Positions 1-9,966 of a stretch of DNA of 64,000 bases are shown here, in pieces; position 1 is the first letter of the stretch, and the number at the start of each line of letters is the position of its first letter. The notes under the pieces were generated by a model, which saw only the letters and a list, made by a program, of their open reading frames with translations, did no database searches and had not been told where the DNA came from. The translations under genes were made by a program, and so were the position numbers. This DNA is from an uncultured Fibrobacteria bacterium (GTDB lineage: Bacteria > Fibrobacterota > Fibrobacteria > UBA11236), in assembly GCA_963716395.1 (NCBI GenBank), contig OY970309.1, positions 1,216,001-1,280,000 on the forward strand, in the 5' to 3' direction.

Positions 1-380
1 GAAACCTGCTGCCGCACGGTTTTCAGCACTTCGGGCAAAAGCTCTTTGGCTTTGCGCGCCTGGCCCGAAGCGATTAACTCCTGCAACTTAGCCACCAATT
101 TCAATTCCTCTTCTTCGCTGAGATAGGCCCGGCGCCGTCCGCCCCGGCCTTTGCGATTCAAGGCTTTGGGGCCCTCGTGGTTGTATTGCTTGACCCACAG
201 CCACACCGCCTGCTTGGAAACCTGCAACAGGTCGGATACGCGATGGGCGTGAAACGGGCCGCGCTCGGTGAGCCAGATGGCCAAGCGCTTTTTGTAGGCT
301 TCGAGATTGGGAGCTTGGCGCACCCATTCGCCCATTTCTTCGGGCGTCAGCCAGTTGTGGATGCGGGCCGGCATTTTCAT
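1..380 (-). CDS. Helix-turn-helix protein resembling the IS630/Tc1 transposase N-terminal domain; partial, runs off the window edge
   Basis: Not in the ORF track because it has no stop inside the window. Manual translation from ATG 380: MKMPARIHNWLTPEEMGEWVRQ...KRLAIWLT...RVSDLLQVSKQAVWLWVKQYNHEGPKALNRKGRGGRRRAYLSEEEE. The W-x-x-x-Y-x-x-x-G...GR pattern is typical of IS630-type HTH domains. Confidence 0.6.
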   Translation of the reverse strand, partial: MKMPARIHNWLTPEEMGEWVRQAPNLEAYKKRLAIWLTERGPFHAHRVSDLLQVSKQAVWLWVKQYNHEGPKALNRKGRGGRRRAYLSEEEELKLVAKLQELIASGQARKAKELLPEVLKTVRQQV

Positions 381-652
381 GGATGTGAAAATTGTACCAT
401 CACTCCACCATCGATGTGCAGCAAAAAATTTCGAACTGCGGCAAAATTATCGGTGTTTGACGCTGCGTCCGCCGGAGCCGATGCGGATATCCCGGCGACG
501 CGCGTTGCTATGCTTGAACTTTCTCAAACCGGCCGGGGAAAATCCCGGGGGAAAATGCCGACACCATTGCACCAGGGTGAAATTTTTGTCCGGAAAGCGG
601 CCGTGGCCCGTCCGACCCAAGGCCCTATGCGCCGCAGGTTCGGGGATTAAGC

Positions 653-1153
653 GTGGCGGCCGGCTTTTCCTCCGCCCCGCAACCTCTGGCCGGCCCGGTC
701 GAGGTTTATGCCGACGGGTGTTGCCTGGGAAATCCGGGGCCAGGCGGCTACGGGGCCGTGCTGCTTTACGGCGGCCGCCGCAAAGAATTGCAGGGCGGCT
801 TTCAACGCACCACCAACAACCGCATGGAAATTCTGGCGGCCATCCGCGCGTTGGAAGCGCTTAAAGATCCCTGCCGTGTCATAATGCATTCGGATTCGCA
901 GTATCTGGTCAAGGCCATGAACGAAGGTTGGGCGGAAAATTGGAAGACGCGCGGCTGGAAAACCCGCGACAACAAGCCCGCCATGAATCCCGATTTATGG
1001 CAGCGCCTGATGCGGCTCTGCCTGGATCACAAGGTCGAGTTCCGCTGGGTGAAGGGCCACAGCGGCGTGGTTGAAAACGAAAGGGCCGACGCCTTGGCGC
1101 GGCAGGCGGCCCGCGGCGAAGATTTGCAGATCGATTCGGGATACGGTACCTGA
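653..1153 (+). CDS. rnhA: Ribonuclease HI
   Basis: Motifs YADGCCLGNPGPGG, TTNNRMEILA, SDSQY and WVKGHSG..ENERAD. Confidence 0.97.
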   Translation: MAAGFSSAPQPLAGPVEVYADGCCLGNPGPGGYGAVLLYGGRRKELQGGFQRTTNNRMEILAAIRALEALKDPCRVIMHSDSQYLVKAMNEGWAENWKTRGWKTRDNKPAMNPDLWQRLMRLCLDHKVEFRWVKGHSGVVENERADALARQAARGEDLQIDSGYGT

Positions 1154-1196
1154 ATCCGCACCCCGTCGGGCCATAGGCCCGAATTACCTTTGACGC

Positions 1197-1901
1197 ATGC
1201 CCGCCCGCCAATACAAGTATTACGACCTCGTCATGGCCGCTTTCGTGACCGTGATTTTATGCTCCAACTTTATCGGCGCGGCCAAGCAGGCCGTGGTCAA
1301 CTTGCCCTGGCTCGGGCCCACCAAATTCGGCGCGGGCGTGCTGTTCTTTCCCATCTCCTACCTCTTCGGCGACATTCTCACCGAGGTGTACGGCTATGCC
1401 CGCGATCGCCGCGTGGTATGGGCCGGCTTCGGCGCGCTCGCCTTCGCGTCGATCATGGCCTGGGTCGTCATCCATCTCCCGCCCGCCGACGACGCTTATA
1501 TGAAAACCTATCAGGGCCAGCTCGAAGGCGTGTTCGGCAACGCCTGGCGCATCGCGGCGGGTTCGATGATCGCCTTCTGGTCGGGCAGCTTCGCCAACAG
1601 TTTCGTCCTGGCCAAAATGAAAATCTTCACGGAAGGGAAATGGCTGTGGATGCGCACCATCGGTTCGACCGCGGTGGGTGAAGCCGTCGACTCGACGTTG
1701 TTTTATGTGATTGCCTTTTACGGCATCTGGACCACCGGCGACATTTTCAAAGTCGCCCTGGTGCAATACTTTTTGAAAACGGGATGGGAAGTGGTCATGA
1801 CGCCGGTGACCTATCAAATCGTGGGCTTTCTCAAAAGCCGGGAACACGAAGATTATTACGACCGCCATACGAATTTCACGCCGTTCTCTTTCAAAGCCTG
1901 A
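1197..1901 (+). CDS. Queuosine precursor transporter (YhhQ/VUT family)
   Basis: Motifs FPISYLFGDILTEVYGY and LWMRTIGSTAVGEAVDSTLF; multiple TM helices. Confidence 0.9.
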   Translation: MPARQYKYYDLVMAAFVTVILCSNFIGAAKQAVVNLPWLGPTKFGAGVLFFPISYLFGDILTEVYGYARDRRVVWAGFGALAFASIMAWVVIHLPPADDAYMKTYQGQLEGVFGNAWRIAAGSMIAFWSGSFANSFVLAKMKIFTEGKWLWMRTIGSTAVGEAVDSTLFYVIAFYGIWTTGDIFKVALVQYFLKTGWEVVMTPVTYQIVGFLKSREHEDYYDRHTNFTPFSFKA

Positions 1902-1907
1902 GGTCCC

Positions 1908-3014
1908 GTGTCCGAATCCCTTGACATCCTCGGCATGACGCGCGCACGGCTGGGCCGCGAAATCGGGGCCTTGCATTCCCGGCCGGGAAAAGGCAATTAC
2001 CACGGCGACGCGCTGTTTCGCGCCGTGCATCGCGGCGGCGTGTTCGCTCCCGAAGCCTTGCCCGCCTTCATTGCCAATCCCGCCTTGGCCCGGCGCGTGC
2101 GCGCACGCTTTCACCTGAATCTGCCGCAGCTTGCCGGTCGGCACGAAGACGGACCGGCCTACAAATTTTTGCTGCGGCTGGAGGACGGCCTGGAAAGCGA
2201 AAGCGTGGTTATTCCCATGCGTCATTACAAATCGTTGTGCGTTTCGTCGCAGATCGGTTGTAAAATGGGATGCCGCTTTTGCGAAACCGCGCAAATGGGT
2301 TTTCTGCGCCATCTCACGGCCGGGGAAATCGTGGCGCAAGTTGCGGTGGCCCGCCACGTCTTACACGAACCCATTGAAAACGTCGTGTTCATGGGCATGG
2401 GCGAACCCTTGGACAATTTCGATTCCGTGATCGACGCGGTGCGAATTCTTTCCGACGCGCAGGGATTGACCATTCCCCTGAAAGCCGTGACGATTTCCAC
2501 GGTCGGACATGTACCGGGCCTCTTGCGCCTGGCCGAAGAAATCCGCCGGCCCCGGCCCGCGGGTCTCCCGCGCCTGCGGCTGGCGGTATCGGTGAATGCG
2601 CCCGACGACGCGTTGCGCCTTGCCATCATGCCGGCCAACCGGCTTTGGCCGTTGGGCGAATTGAAGGTCGTGCTGCGGCAATGGCCGCTTTCGCATCGCG
2701 ACGATTTCATCTTGGCCGAATACGTTTTGCTCGCGGGCGTGAACGACACCAACCGCCATGCCCTGGCGCTGGCCGCATGGCTGCGGGGGGTGAAGGCCTG
2801 CGTCAATCTCATTCCCTGCAATCCGCGCACGGGTTCGCCCTTTGCCCGGCCGCCCCGTGAACGCGTGGCCGGTTTCTTCCATACCTTGATGGCCGCCGGG
2901 CAATATTGCCGCATCCGCGGCACCAAAGGAGATGGCGCCATGGCGGCCTGCGGCCAATTGGGCAACCGCGCATTGGTCCGCACCTCGCGGCCTTCGGAAA
3001 AGGAGATGGCCTGA
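1908..3014 (+). CDS. rlmN: RlmN-family radical SAM RNA methyltransferase
   Basis: Motifs CVSSQIGCKMGCRFC, NVVFMGMGEPLDN and C-terminal AACGQL. Confidence 0.88.
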   Translation: MSESLDILGMTRARLGREIGALHSRPGKGNYHGDALFRAVHRGGVFAPEALPAFIANPALARRVRARFHLNLPQLAGRHEDGPAYKFLLRLEDGLESESVVIPMRHYKSLCVSSQIGCKMGCRFCETAQMGFLRHLTAGEIVAQVAVARHVLHEPIENVVFMGMGEPLDNFDSVIDAVRILSDAQGLTIPLKAVTISTVGHVPGLLRLAEEIRRPRPAGLPRLRLAVSVNAPDDALRLAIMPANRLWPLGELKVVLRQWPLSHRDDFILAEYVLLAGVNDTNRHALALAAWLRGVKACVNLIPCNPRTGSPFARPPRERVAGFFHTLMAAGQYCRIRGTKGDGAMAACGQLGNRALVRTSRPSEKEMA

Positions 3015-3493
3015 TGCCAACGGTGGTCGTACCAACCCCTATCGGCGGGGTGCGCGCGCATGCCGACGCCCGTGGCCGACTAGTGGCCCTGGATTTTTTG
3101 AAAGGCCCGGACGGAAAACGACAGACCGCGGATTTGGGTTTTGATTCCGCCCTGCGGAACCGCCTGCAAAAAGCCCTGGATGCGTATTTCGAAAAAGGGC
3201 GGCCTTTTCCCCGGCTGCCCGTGGGTAACACCGGTGGAACTCCATTTCAGCGCCGCGTCTGGCGCGCGTTGACGCGCATCCCCTTGGGACAAACCCGGAC
3301 TTACGGCGAAGTGGCCGCTTCCATCGGTGCGCCCAGGGCGGCGCGGGCCGTGGGTGCGGCCTGTGGAGCCAATCCTCTGCCACTCCTCGTTCCCTGCCAC
3401 CGCGTGCTGGCTGCGGGCGGAGGGCTCGGCGGTTTCAGCGGCGGGCTTTCGATCAAGAAAAAATTGCTGCGCGTTGAAGGCGTTGTGGTTTAA
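3014..3493 (+). CDS. ogt: Methylated-DNA-protein-cysteine methyltransferase
   Basis: Motifs TPFQRRVW, YGEVA, RAVGAACGANP and PCHRV; ATG overlaps the rlmN stop (TGATG). Confidence 0.93.
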   Translation: MPTVVVPTPIGGVRAHADARGRLVALDFLKGPDGKRQTADLGFDSALRNRLQKALDAYFEKGRPFPRLPVGNTGGTPFQRRVWRALTRIPLGQTRTYGEVAASIGAPRAARAVGAACGANPLPLLVPCHRVLAAGGGLGGFSGGLSIKKKLLRVEGVVV

Positions 3494-3608
3494 AAGGAAA
3501 CGCACGCTGCCGATTCGAACTGGGTTGGTACCAACAAATTTGCCCCCCTTAATCCAAAGCAGGAATCCCGGGCCCCCTTTTTGTCATAATGGCCAAATAC
3601 ATGCTTTT

Positions 3609-3635
3609 TTGACAATTATAGTTTAATGGGACAAT
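3609..3635 (+). promoter_or_regulatory. Possible sigma70 promoter upstream of the small ORF
   Basis: TTGACA at 3609 and TGn-GACAAT at 3627-3635 in an AT-rich gap; the spacer is only 15 nt. Confidence 0.35.
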
Positions 3636-3735
3636 GCGCAACGGCGGAATACTTTCACAATCACCTATATCAAAATGGTATGCCTTTTGCGCCTCATTCA
3701 ATACAGAAAGTTTATCCCAACAAAGGAGATTCGCC

Positions 3736-3918
3736 ATGTCGGACAAAAAGCCAGAAAAGAAAAAAGCAGTGACCCTGGATGACGTGAAACCCTTGCATCC
3801 CGATGAGTATCCCGCCCAGCATTTGAAGCAAAAGCTGGATGCGCGTCGCGATGAGTTGGCGGATATCAAGGAGCACTATCCTTCCGAAGGGTTGGAGACC
3901 AGCGAATACACCGAGTAA
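3736..3918 (+). CDS. Small, highly charged hypothetical protein (60 aa)
   Basis: Strong SD (AAGGAG) before ATG 3736; a 10-bp hairpin (GAGTAACCGC/GCGGTTACTC, 3913-3938) lies at the stop. Confidence 0.65.
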   Translation: MSDKKPEKKKAVTLDDVKPLHPDEYPAQHLKQKLDARRDELADIKEHYPSEGLETSEYTE

Positions 3919-4020
3919 CCGCCCCGCTGCGGTTACTCCGGTGCAATGCATACCCGTAATATCCCGCAGCGCAGGTAAGGTTTGCGGGAGAAGACGGGTA
4001 GTGGTAGAATCAATTCCCCG

Positions 4021-4335
4021 ATGCCACGAACGAAAATCCAGTCTTTGGTGTATCAAGGCGAGCCGCTGATCGATATTCGCGGACATTGGGAGCCGTCCGC
4101 GTTGGATGATTTGATCCGCGCCTTTCAAGCGGGCATGGAAAAAGTGGCGGCCCGCCTGTTTTTGCGGATTCCCGATTTGGATTATCTCGACAGCGCGGCC
4201 ATGGGGGTCATCATGCTGCACATGCGCGAAATGTCGCAACGCCAGGCCAAGCTGGTGCTGTTGCAACCTTCGCTGGCCATACGCCATGCCTTGCGCACGG
4301 TTTCGCTGGAAGGGCTGCTCGAAATTCAAGAGTGA
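4021..4335 (+). CDS. STAS-domain protein (anti-sigma-factor antagonist-like)
   Basis: Motif LDYLDSAAMGVI with the phosphoacceptor Ser; about 104 aa. Confidence 0.8.
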   Translation: MPRTKIQSLVYQGEPLIDIRGHWEPSALDDLIRAFQAGMEKVAARLFLRIPDLDYLDSAAMGVIMLHMREMSQRQAKLVLLQPSLAIRHALRTVSLEGLLEIQE

Positions 4336-4366
4336 CGGCCGAGGCATGCACCGGCAGGGCCATCCG

Positions 4367-5950
4367 TTATGGGCCAGGTGACTCCGCGCCCAAGGGAATG
4401 CGCCAGAGATAAACACCCTGCGCCGCATGCGGCGAATCGATCCAAAAACGGGCGCCACGAACACCGCCTTGCACCGGCAGGGATCGCCCACGCAGATCCC
4501 AGAGCCGCACGGCCTGGGGGATCAAATCCGAACGCCAGGGAAGATAAACCGGCAGGTTGCCGGCCATTAGCAAGGTTCCGTCCAGGGGGCGCCGCGTCAC
4601 GGCCAAGGCCTCGGGTCCGGCGGTCAGGGCGCTGTCGGCCCGGGTGGCGTTCACCAGGCCATAGCCCGAAACGCTGTCGGGATTTTGCGCGCGCGAGGCC
4701 GTGGCCATCAGGGCCAGGCGAATGGATTGCGCCGCGGCCCCGGGATGCAATTGCATCAGCAAGGCGCCGATGCCCGCCACCACGGGCGCGGCGAAGCTGG
4801 TGCCGCCCTGAAAAATTTCTCCACTGTTGGCTTCGGGATCGGCCGTGGGCGTGGCGCAACCGTCGGGCCCCACCGACGCCACGTCGGGTTTGATGCGGCC
4901 GTCGGCCGTGGGCCCCGTGCTCGTGTACCAGCAGGGGCTCAGGTTGGCGTCGAGAATGCCCACCGCCAACACGCTGTCGGCATCGGCCGGCGCGCCGATT
5001 GAAGGGGCCGGCAAGTCGCCGTCATTGCCCATGGCGATCGACACCAAAGCGCCGCGGCGCGCCGCCATCAAGGCGGCCAACGAAGAGGGTCGCGTGCGTC
5101 CGTTGAAATCCGCATAGGGAAGATTCGGACTGCGATCGGTGTAATCGTAGCGGTACCCCAGGCTGATGCTGATCACCTGCGCGCCCGAATCCACCGCGCG
5201 CTCGAACGCCGCAGCCACGTAATCCTCTTCGACATAAGTTTCGCTGGAGGTGTCTTCGGATCGATACAGCAGGTATTTCGCTTCCGGCACTAGGCCTTCG
5301 AAGTCGGAGGTTTCGCCCGCCAATAAAGACAACACGGCCGCACCATGGCTGTCGCCCAGGGAATCGGTGACCGCGACCGGCTGATTATGCACGAAATCCC
5401 ATTGATCCACAATGGCGTTCTGCTGCCACAGGTGGGTGAAGCATGCATGTCCCAGGGCGAAGTCGGCGTCGATGATGGCGATGCGCAACCCCTGGCCCGC
5501 AATCAATCCCCGGGCGCTCAAGGTGGCGCGCAAATCGGCGGCGTGAACCAACGTGAACAATTGCTGAAAGGCGCCGAAGTCCTGCGCCGACGTCTTGGCC
5601 AATGCCGCACGACTCCGCCTGGAAGGGAGTTTGACCCGCGGCGCCCGATGCGGCATTTCCTCAGCCGAAAGCACCATGGGCAATTGCGCCACTTGCGCGA
5701 GGTGGTTTTTGGCGATATACCCGGACACCAGATTCTGCCATTTCAGTGTCACATCGGGTGTGAATCCTGCTTGCCGCAGACGCTGCAAATACGGTGCGTA
5801 AACCGGGGCGTCTTCGTAGGCACGACCTGAAAGCGGCGACGGACCTTTGTCGCGCAAACGCACCCAGACCTTGATGGTATCGCCGCTCCCCAGGGCGCGC
5901 GCCGGACCGCACAGCGCCAGGCATACAACCCCTAAGACCAAAGCACGCAT
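4367..5950 (-). CDS. Secreted S8 (subtilisin-like) serine peptidase
   Basis: Triad motifs IAIIDA, SHGAAV and GTSFAAP; KPDV; signal peptide from ATG 5950; C-terminal WDLRGR...GVY tail. Confidence 0.9.
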   Translation of the reverse strand: MRALVLGVVCLALCGPARALGSGDTIKVWVRLRDKGPSPLSGRAYEDAPVYAPYLQRLRQAGFTPDVTLKWQNLVSGYIAKNHLAQVAQLPMVLSAEEMPHRAPRVKLPSRRSRAALAKTSAQDFGAFQQLFTLVHAADLRATLSARGLIAGQGLRIAIIDADFALGHACFTHLWQQNAIVDQWDFVHNQPVAVTDSLGDSHGAAVLSLLAGETSDFEGLVPEAKYLLYRSEDTSSETYVEEDYVAAAFERAVDSGAQVISISLGYRYDYTDRSPNLPYADFNGRTRPSSLAALMAARRGALVSIAMGNDGDLPAPSIGAPADADSVLAVGILDANLSPCWYTSTGPTADGRIKPDVASVGPDGCATPTADPEANSGEIFQGGTSFAAPVVAGIGALLMQLHPGAAAQSIRLALMATASRAQNPDSVSGYGLVNATRADSALTAGPEALAVTRRPLDGTLLMAGNLPVYLPWRSDLIPQAVRLWDLRGRSLPVQGGVRGARFWIDSPHAAQGVYLWRIPLGAESPGP

Positions 5951-5955
5951 GAGAC

Positions 5956-6120
5956 TAGAACCTATCTCAAATGTCCTTCGTAGGTCAAGCGGGAGCGAGA
6001 ACGAGCGCCGCCAGGAGCCCGAAGCAAGCGATATGGTCTGAATATCGCTGATGCAGGGCGACGCCGCGGCGCGAAGTTCGCAGCCCGGCGGCTCCAGAAG
6101 GATATTTGAGATAGGTTCTA
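5956..6120. mobile_element. MITE-like element, 165 bp including the flanking TA, with 24-bp terminal inverted repeats
   Basis: TAGAACCTATCTCAAATGTCCTTC ... GAAGGATATTTGAGATAGGTTCTA (1 mismatch); nested internal stems; TA at both ends. Confidence 0.85.
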
Positions 6121-6153
6121 AGCTATTATTGAAAACCTGATACAAAGGGGCGT

Positions 6154-7656
6154 TTGCGCGTGATTCCCTCCTTGGATTCCCTTCGGGACCGGTCAAAACT
6201 GGGGAATGTCATTCCCCTTGTACGCGATTTTCTTCCGGATTTGGAAACACCCATCACGGCCCTGTTCAAGCTGCGCCGACCCGGATCGCGCACCTTTTTG
6301 CTCGAAAGCGTGGAAATCGGAGAGAAACTGGCCCGTTACTCTTTTCTGGGCCGTGACCCGTTGTACGTGTTTCGCGCCCGCGGGCGCAATATCGAAATCT
6401 TCGGCCACGAATCCAAAAACTTCGCGGGCGAAGCGTTGGCCGAATTCCGTGCTTTCTTGGGCCGGTTCCGCGGCGTTCCCGACGCGGATTTGCCCGCCTT
6501 TGCGGGCGGCGCGGTGGGCTTCTTCGCGTATGACTCCATCCGGCTGGTGGAAAGTATTCCCGAACAAGGCCGCGACGATTATGGCCTTTGCGATCTCGAC
6601 TTCGGCTTGTACGAAGCCTTCGTGGTCTTCGATCACCTGAAGCACCGCTTGCGCATCGTCGCCAACGTCATGCCTGACGAATGGGGCGGACTCGAACCCG
6701 CGACTCAACGCGCCCTGTCGCTCATGGATGCGCTGGAACGCGATCTGCGCGCGCCCTTGCCGACTGCCGCGCAAACCACGCCGGTTTCGCCCGAGGTGCC
6801 CGCGGCGTTACCCTGGACATCGAATATGCCGCGCGCCCGCTTTCTCGACGGCGTGCGACGCTGCCAGGAATACATTCGCGCCGGCGACGCGTTTCAAATC
6901 GTGCTGTCGCAGCGTTACGAAACCAAAACGCGGGCCGACGGAATCTCCATTTACCGGTGCCTGCGCGCCATCAATCCTTCGCCTTACATGTATTACCTCG
7001 ACTACGGCGGCTTCGAAGTGGTGGGCGCCTCGCCCGAGACCTTGGTCAAGGTGCAGGGCGGGCACTGCGAAACCAAACCTATCGCGGGCACGCGGCGCCG
7101 CGGGCGCGACGAAAGCGAAGACGCCAAGCTGTCGGCGGAATTGTTCGCCGATCCCAAAGAGCGGGCTGAACACGTGATGCTGGTCGATCTGGGCCGCAAC
7201 GATTTGGGCCGCGTGTGCGCCTACGGCAGCGTGCACGTACCCGAATTCATGGTGCTCGAACGCCTGAGCCACGTCATGCACATCGTGTCGGTGGCGCGCG
7301 GAAAACTCCGTGACGGCGCGCATGCCCTGGACGCGCTGATGTCGTGTTTGCCCGCCGGCACGCTTTCGGGGGCGCCCAAAATCCGGGCCATGCAAATCAT
7401 CGACGACCTCGAACCCACGCGGCGCGGGCTGTACGGCGGCGCCGTATGCTATCTCGACTTTCGCGGCAATCTGGATTCGTGCATCGCCATCCGCACCTTG
7501 TTGCTGCAAAACGGCGTGGCCTATGTGCAGGCCGGGGGCGGCATCGTGGCCGATTCGCAACCCGACGCCGAATTCGACGAATCGCGCTATAAGGCCCGGG
7601 CCTGCATGCTGGCGGTGGAACAGGCCGAACCGTCGGGCGCACGGGGGCCGGCGTGA
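6154..7656 (+). CDS. trpE: Anthranilate synthase component I
   Basis: Motifs [38 protein letters not shown] and GTLSGAPK. Confidence 0.95.
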   Translation: MRVIPSLDSLRDRSKLGNVIPLVRDFLPDLETPITALFKLRRPGSRTFLLESVEIGEKLARYSFLGRDPLYVFRARGRNIEIFGHESKNFAGEALAEFRAFLGRFRGVPDADLPAFAGGAVGFFAYDSIRLVESIPEQGRDDYGLCDLDFGLYEAFVVFDHLKHRLRIVANVMPDEWGGLEPATQRALSLMDALERDLRAPLPTAAQTTPVSPEVPAALPWTSNMPRARFLDGVRRCQEYIRAGDAFQIVLSQRYETKTRADGISIYRCLRAINPSPYMYYLDYGGFEVVGASPETLVKVQGGHCETKPIAGTRRRGRDESEDAKLSAELFADPKERAEHVMLVDLGRNDLGRVCAYGSVHVPEFMVLERLSHVMHIVSVARGKLRDGAHALDALMSCLPAGTLSGAPKIRAMQIIDDLEPTRRGLYGGAVCYLDFRGNLDSCIAIRTLLLQNGVAYVQAGGGIVADSQPDAEFDESRYKARACMLAVEQAEPSGARGPA

Positions 7657-8234
7657 TCCTCTTTCTCGACAATTACGATTCCTTCACCTACAACCTGGTG
7701 CAATACCTGGGCGAGATGAACCCGGACCTGCGCGTGGTGCGTAACGATACAGTTACGGTGGCCGAAGTGCTGGCGATGCATCCCGATCACATCGTAGTGT
7801 CGCCCGGGCCGTGCACGCCGGCCGAAGCCGGCATTTCGGTGGAACTCATCCGCGCCGTGCCGCCCGCCATTCCGTTGCTGGGCGTATGCCTGGGGCATCA
7901 GGCCATCGGCGCGGCCTTCGGCGGCCAGGTGGTGCGCGCTCCCCTGCCCATGCACGGCAAGGTATCGGAGATCGCCTGCAACCAGCGCGATTTGTTCGCG
8001 GGCCTGCCTCCGACCTTCACGGCCACCCGTTACCATTCGCTGATCGTGGCGCGCGACGGATTGCCGGACGCGCTGGAGGTCACCGCCACCTGCCGCGATC
8101 CGGGCGGCGAAATCATCATGGGGCTAAGGCACAAGACGCGGCCGATCTTCGGGGTACAATTTCACCCCGAGTCGATTCTCACGCAGAACGGCAAGGCCCT
8201 CTTGAAAAATTTTCTCGCTTTTTCCGGAGCGTAA
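7653..8234 (+). CDS. trpG: Anthranilate synthase component II (glutamine amidotransferase)
   Basis: Motifs [26 protein letters not shown] and QFHPES. Confidence 0.95.
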   Translation: MILFLDNYDSFTYNLVQYLGEMNPDLRVVRNDTVTVAEVLAMHPDHIVVSPGPCTPAEAGISVELIRAVPPAIPLLGVCLGHQAIGAAFGGQVVRAPLPMHGKVSEIACNQRDLFAGLPPTFTATRYHSLIVARDGLPDALEVTATCRDPGGEIIMGLRHKTRPIFGVQFHPESILTQNGKALLKNFLAFSGA

Positions 8235-8235
8235 C

Positions 8236-9252
8236 ATGGACGTCACCTTGCTCGGCAAATTAATCCGCGGCGAAAATCTGGCTTTCGCCGAAATGCATTC
8301 GGCCATGGAAAGCATCATGGAGGGCGCCGCGACCCCGGCGCAAATCGCGGGCTTTCTCGTCGCCCTGCGCATCAAGGGCGAGACGCCGGAAGAGATTGCG
8401 GCTGCGGCCGAGATTCTGCGCGCCAAGGCGGTGAGCGTTCCCGTAGCGCGCGCCGACGTCATCGACACCTGCGGCACGGGCGGCGATCACAGCGGCACCT
8501 TCAATATTTCCACGGCTGCCGCCGTCGTGGCCGCAGGCGCGGGGGCCGCGGTGGCCAAGCACGGCAACCGCGCCATCAGCAGCCGGTGCGGGAGCGCCAA
8601 CGTGCTGCAGGAGCTGGGAGTGAATCTCGAATTGCCCCCGGAGCGGGTCGGCGCCTGCGTCGACAAGGTGGGCGTGGGATTTTTGTTCGCGCCCAAGCTG
8701 CATCCGGCCTGGAAGCATGTGGCCGGACCACGCCAGGAGTTGGGGCAGCGCACGCTGTTCAACCTCATGGGTCCTTTGCTCAATCCCGCGCGTGCGCAGC
8801 GCCAGGTGATCGGCGTGTTCGACGTCAAGCTGACACGGGTGCTGGCCGAAGTCTTGCAGCGCCTGGGTTCCAAGCACGTGCTGGTGGTGGCGGGACGCGA
8901 CGGTCTGGACGAAATCACTTTGTGCGCACCCACGCACGTGACCGAACTCAAAGACGGAACGCTGCGCGAATTTGAATTACATCCCGAAGAAATGGGGTTT
9001 GCGCTGGCGAAAAAAGAAGACCTGCTCGGCGGCGAGGCCCCGCAGAATGCGGCCATTTTGCGATCGGTGTTCCATAATGTTCCGGGTCCGCAACGCGACG
9101 TGGTCTTGCTCAACGCGGCCGCGGCCCTGTATGTGTCGGGCCTGGCGAAGAATTTGAAAGCGGGCGTGGAAAAAGCCGCCTTGGCGCTGGAAAGCGGCGC
9201 GGCGCGTGCCACGCTTGAAGCCTGGGTACGGTTTTCGCAGCGCCCGGGCTGA
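8236..9252 (+). CDS. trpD: Anthranilate phosphoribosyltransferase
   Basis: Motifs DTCGTGGD, FNIST, KHGNR and GLDE. Confidence 0.97.
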   Translation: MDVTLLGKLIRGENLAFAEMHSAMESIMEGAATPAQIAGFLVALRIKGETPEEIAAAAEILRAKAVSVPVARADVIDTCGTGGDHSGTFNISTAAAVVAAGAGAAVAKHGNRAISSRCGSANVLQELGVNLELPPERVGACVDKVGVGFLFAPKLHPAWKHVAGPRQELGQRTLFNLMGPLLNPARAQRQVIGVFDVKLTRVLAEVLQRLGSKHVLVVAGRDGLDEITLCAPTHVTELKDGTLREFELHPEEMGFALAKKEDLLGGEAPQNAAILRSVFHNVPGPQRDVVLLNAAAALYVSGLAKNLKAGVEKAALALESGAARATLEAWVRFSQRPG

Positions 9253-9256
9253 AGGG

Positions 9257-9841
9257 CTATTCTTTGGCGCGTGCCAAGGCGGACTCGATGCGGCGATCCG
9301 GAATGATCCAAATCAGCGCCACCAAAACATAGAGGCTAAGGGAAATCCAGGTGGCTGCGAAGGCCGAAGGAATGGCCGCGGCGTAAAACACCAGGGAAAT
9401 TTTGCCTTTGAAGTCGCGGCCCACGGCGGCGGCCAGCACCGATTCGCGGCCGTGATGCGCGACCAGGGCCCGCACCAGCAGAAAATACGCGAAAGCCGAT
9501 AAGAGCAGCAGGATGCCGTAAAGCGCCACAGGCCAGGCCGCAAAACAATTTTCGCCCATCCAGGCGGTGACGAAGGGCGTGAGCGAAAGCCAGAATAAAA
9601 GATGCAGGTTGGCCCAGAGCACGCGGCCGTTGACCTGATGCGCGGCCTGGAACAAATGATGGTGGTTGTTCCAGTAAATGCCGATGAATACGAAGCTCAA
9701 GGCGTAGCTTAAAAACGCCGCGCCTAGGGAGCGCAAGGCGCCCAGGTGGATCGCATGCGGCGCTTTCAACTCCAGAACCATGATGGTGATGATGATGGCG
9801 ATGACGCCATCGCTGAACGCTTCGATTCTGCCTTTGCCCAT
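9257..9841 (-). CDS. TMEM175-family potassium channel
   Basis: Motifs RIEAFSDGVIAIIITIMVLEL and YWNNHH. Confidence 0.9.
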   Translation of the reverse strand: MGKGRIEAFSDGVIAIIITIMVLELKAPHAIHLGALRSLGAAFLSYALSFVFIGIYWNNHHHLFQAAHQVNGRVLWANLHLLFWLSLTPFVTAWMGENCFAAWPVALYGILLLLSAFAYFLLVRALVAHHGRESVLAAAVGRDFKGKISLVFYAAAIPSAFAATWISLSLYVLVALIWIIPDRRIESALARAKE

Positions 9842-9966
9842 GCCCGAGTTCCGGCCTACATGGTAAAAATCCGCGCGGCCGGATTTGCAGCGATCCCCTT
9901 GGCCCGTTCGACAGTGTCGAGGGGGCGATTGGTATGTTTACCCATGGCCCACCCGAGGATCCTCCC

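Noticed and set aside
177-864. Plus-strand ORFs 177-650 and 307-864
   Set aside because: These are shadows of the minus-strand HTH gene and of rnhA, with no recognisable motifs.
1154-1196. preQ1 riboswitch upstream of the queuosine transporter
   Set aside because: The gap is only 43 bp, has no preQ1 consensus or A-rich tail, and the gene looks leaderless.
1908-3014. Cfr-type resistance methyltransferase
   Set aside because: The MGMGEP motif and the housekeeping context fit RlmN; Cfr typically has MGMGEA.
5951-6196. 82-aa N-terminal extension of the S8 peptidase in the ORF track
   Set aside because: It is read-through across the MITE; the signal peptide starts at ATG 5950.
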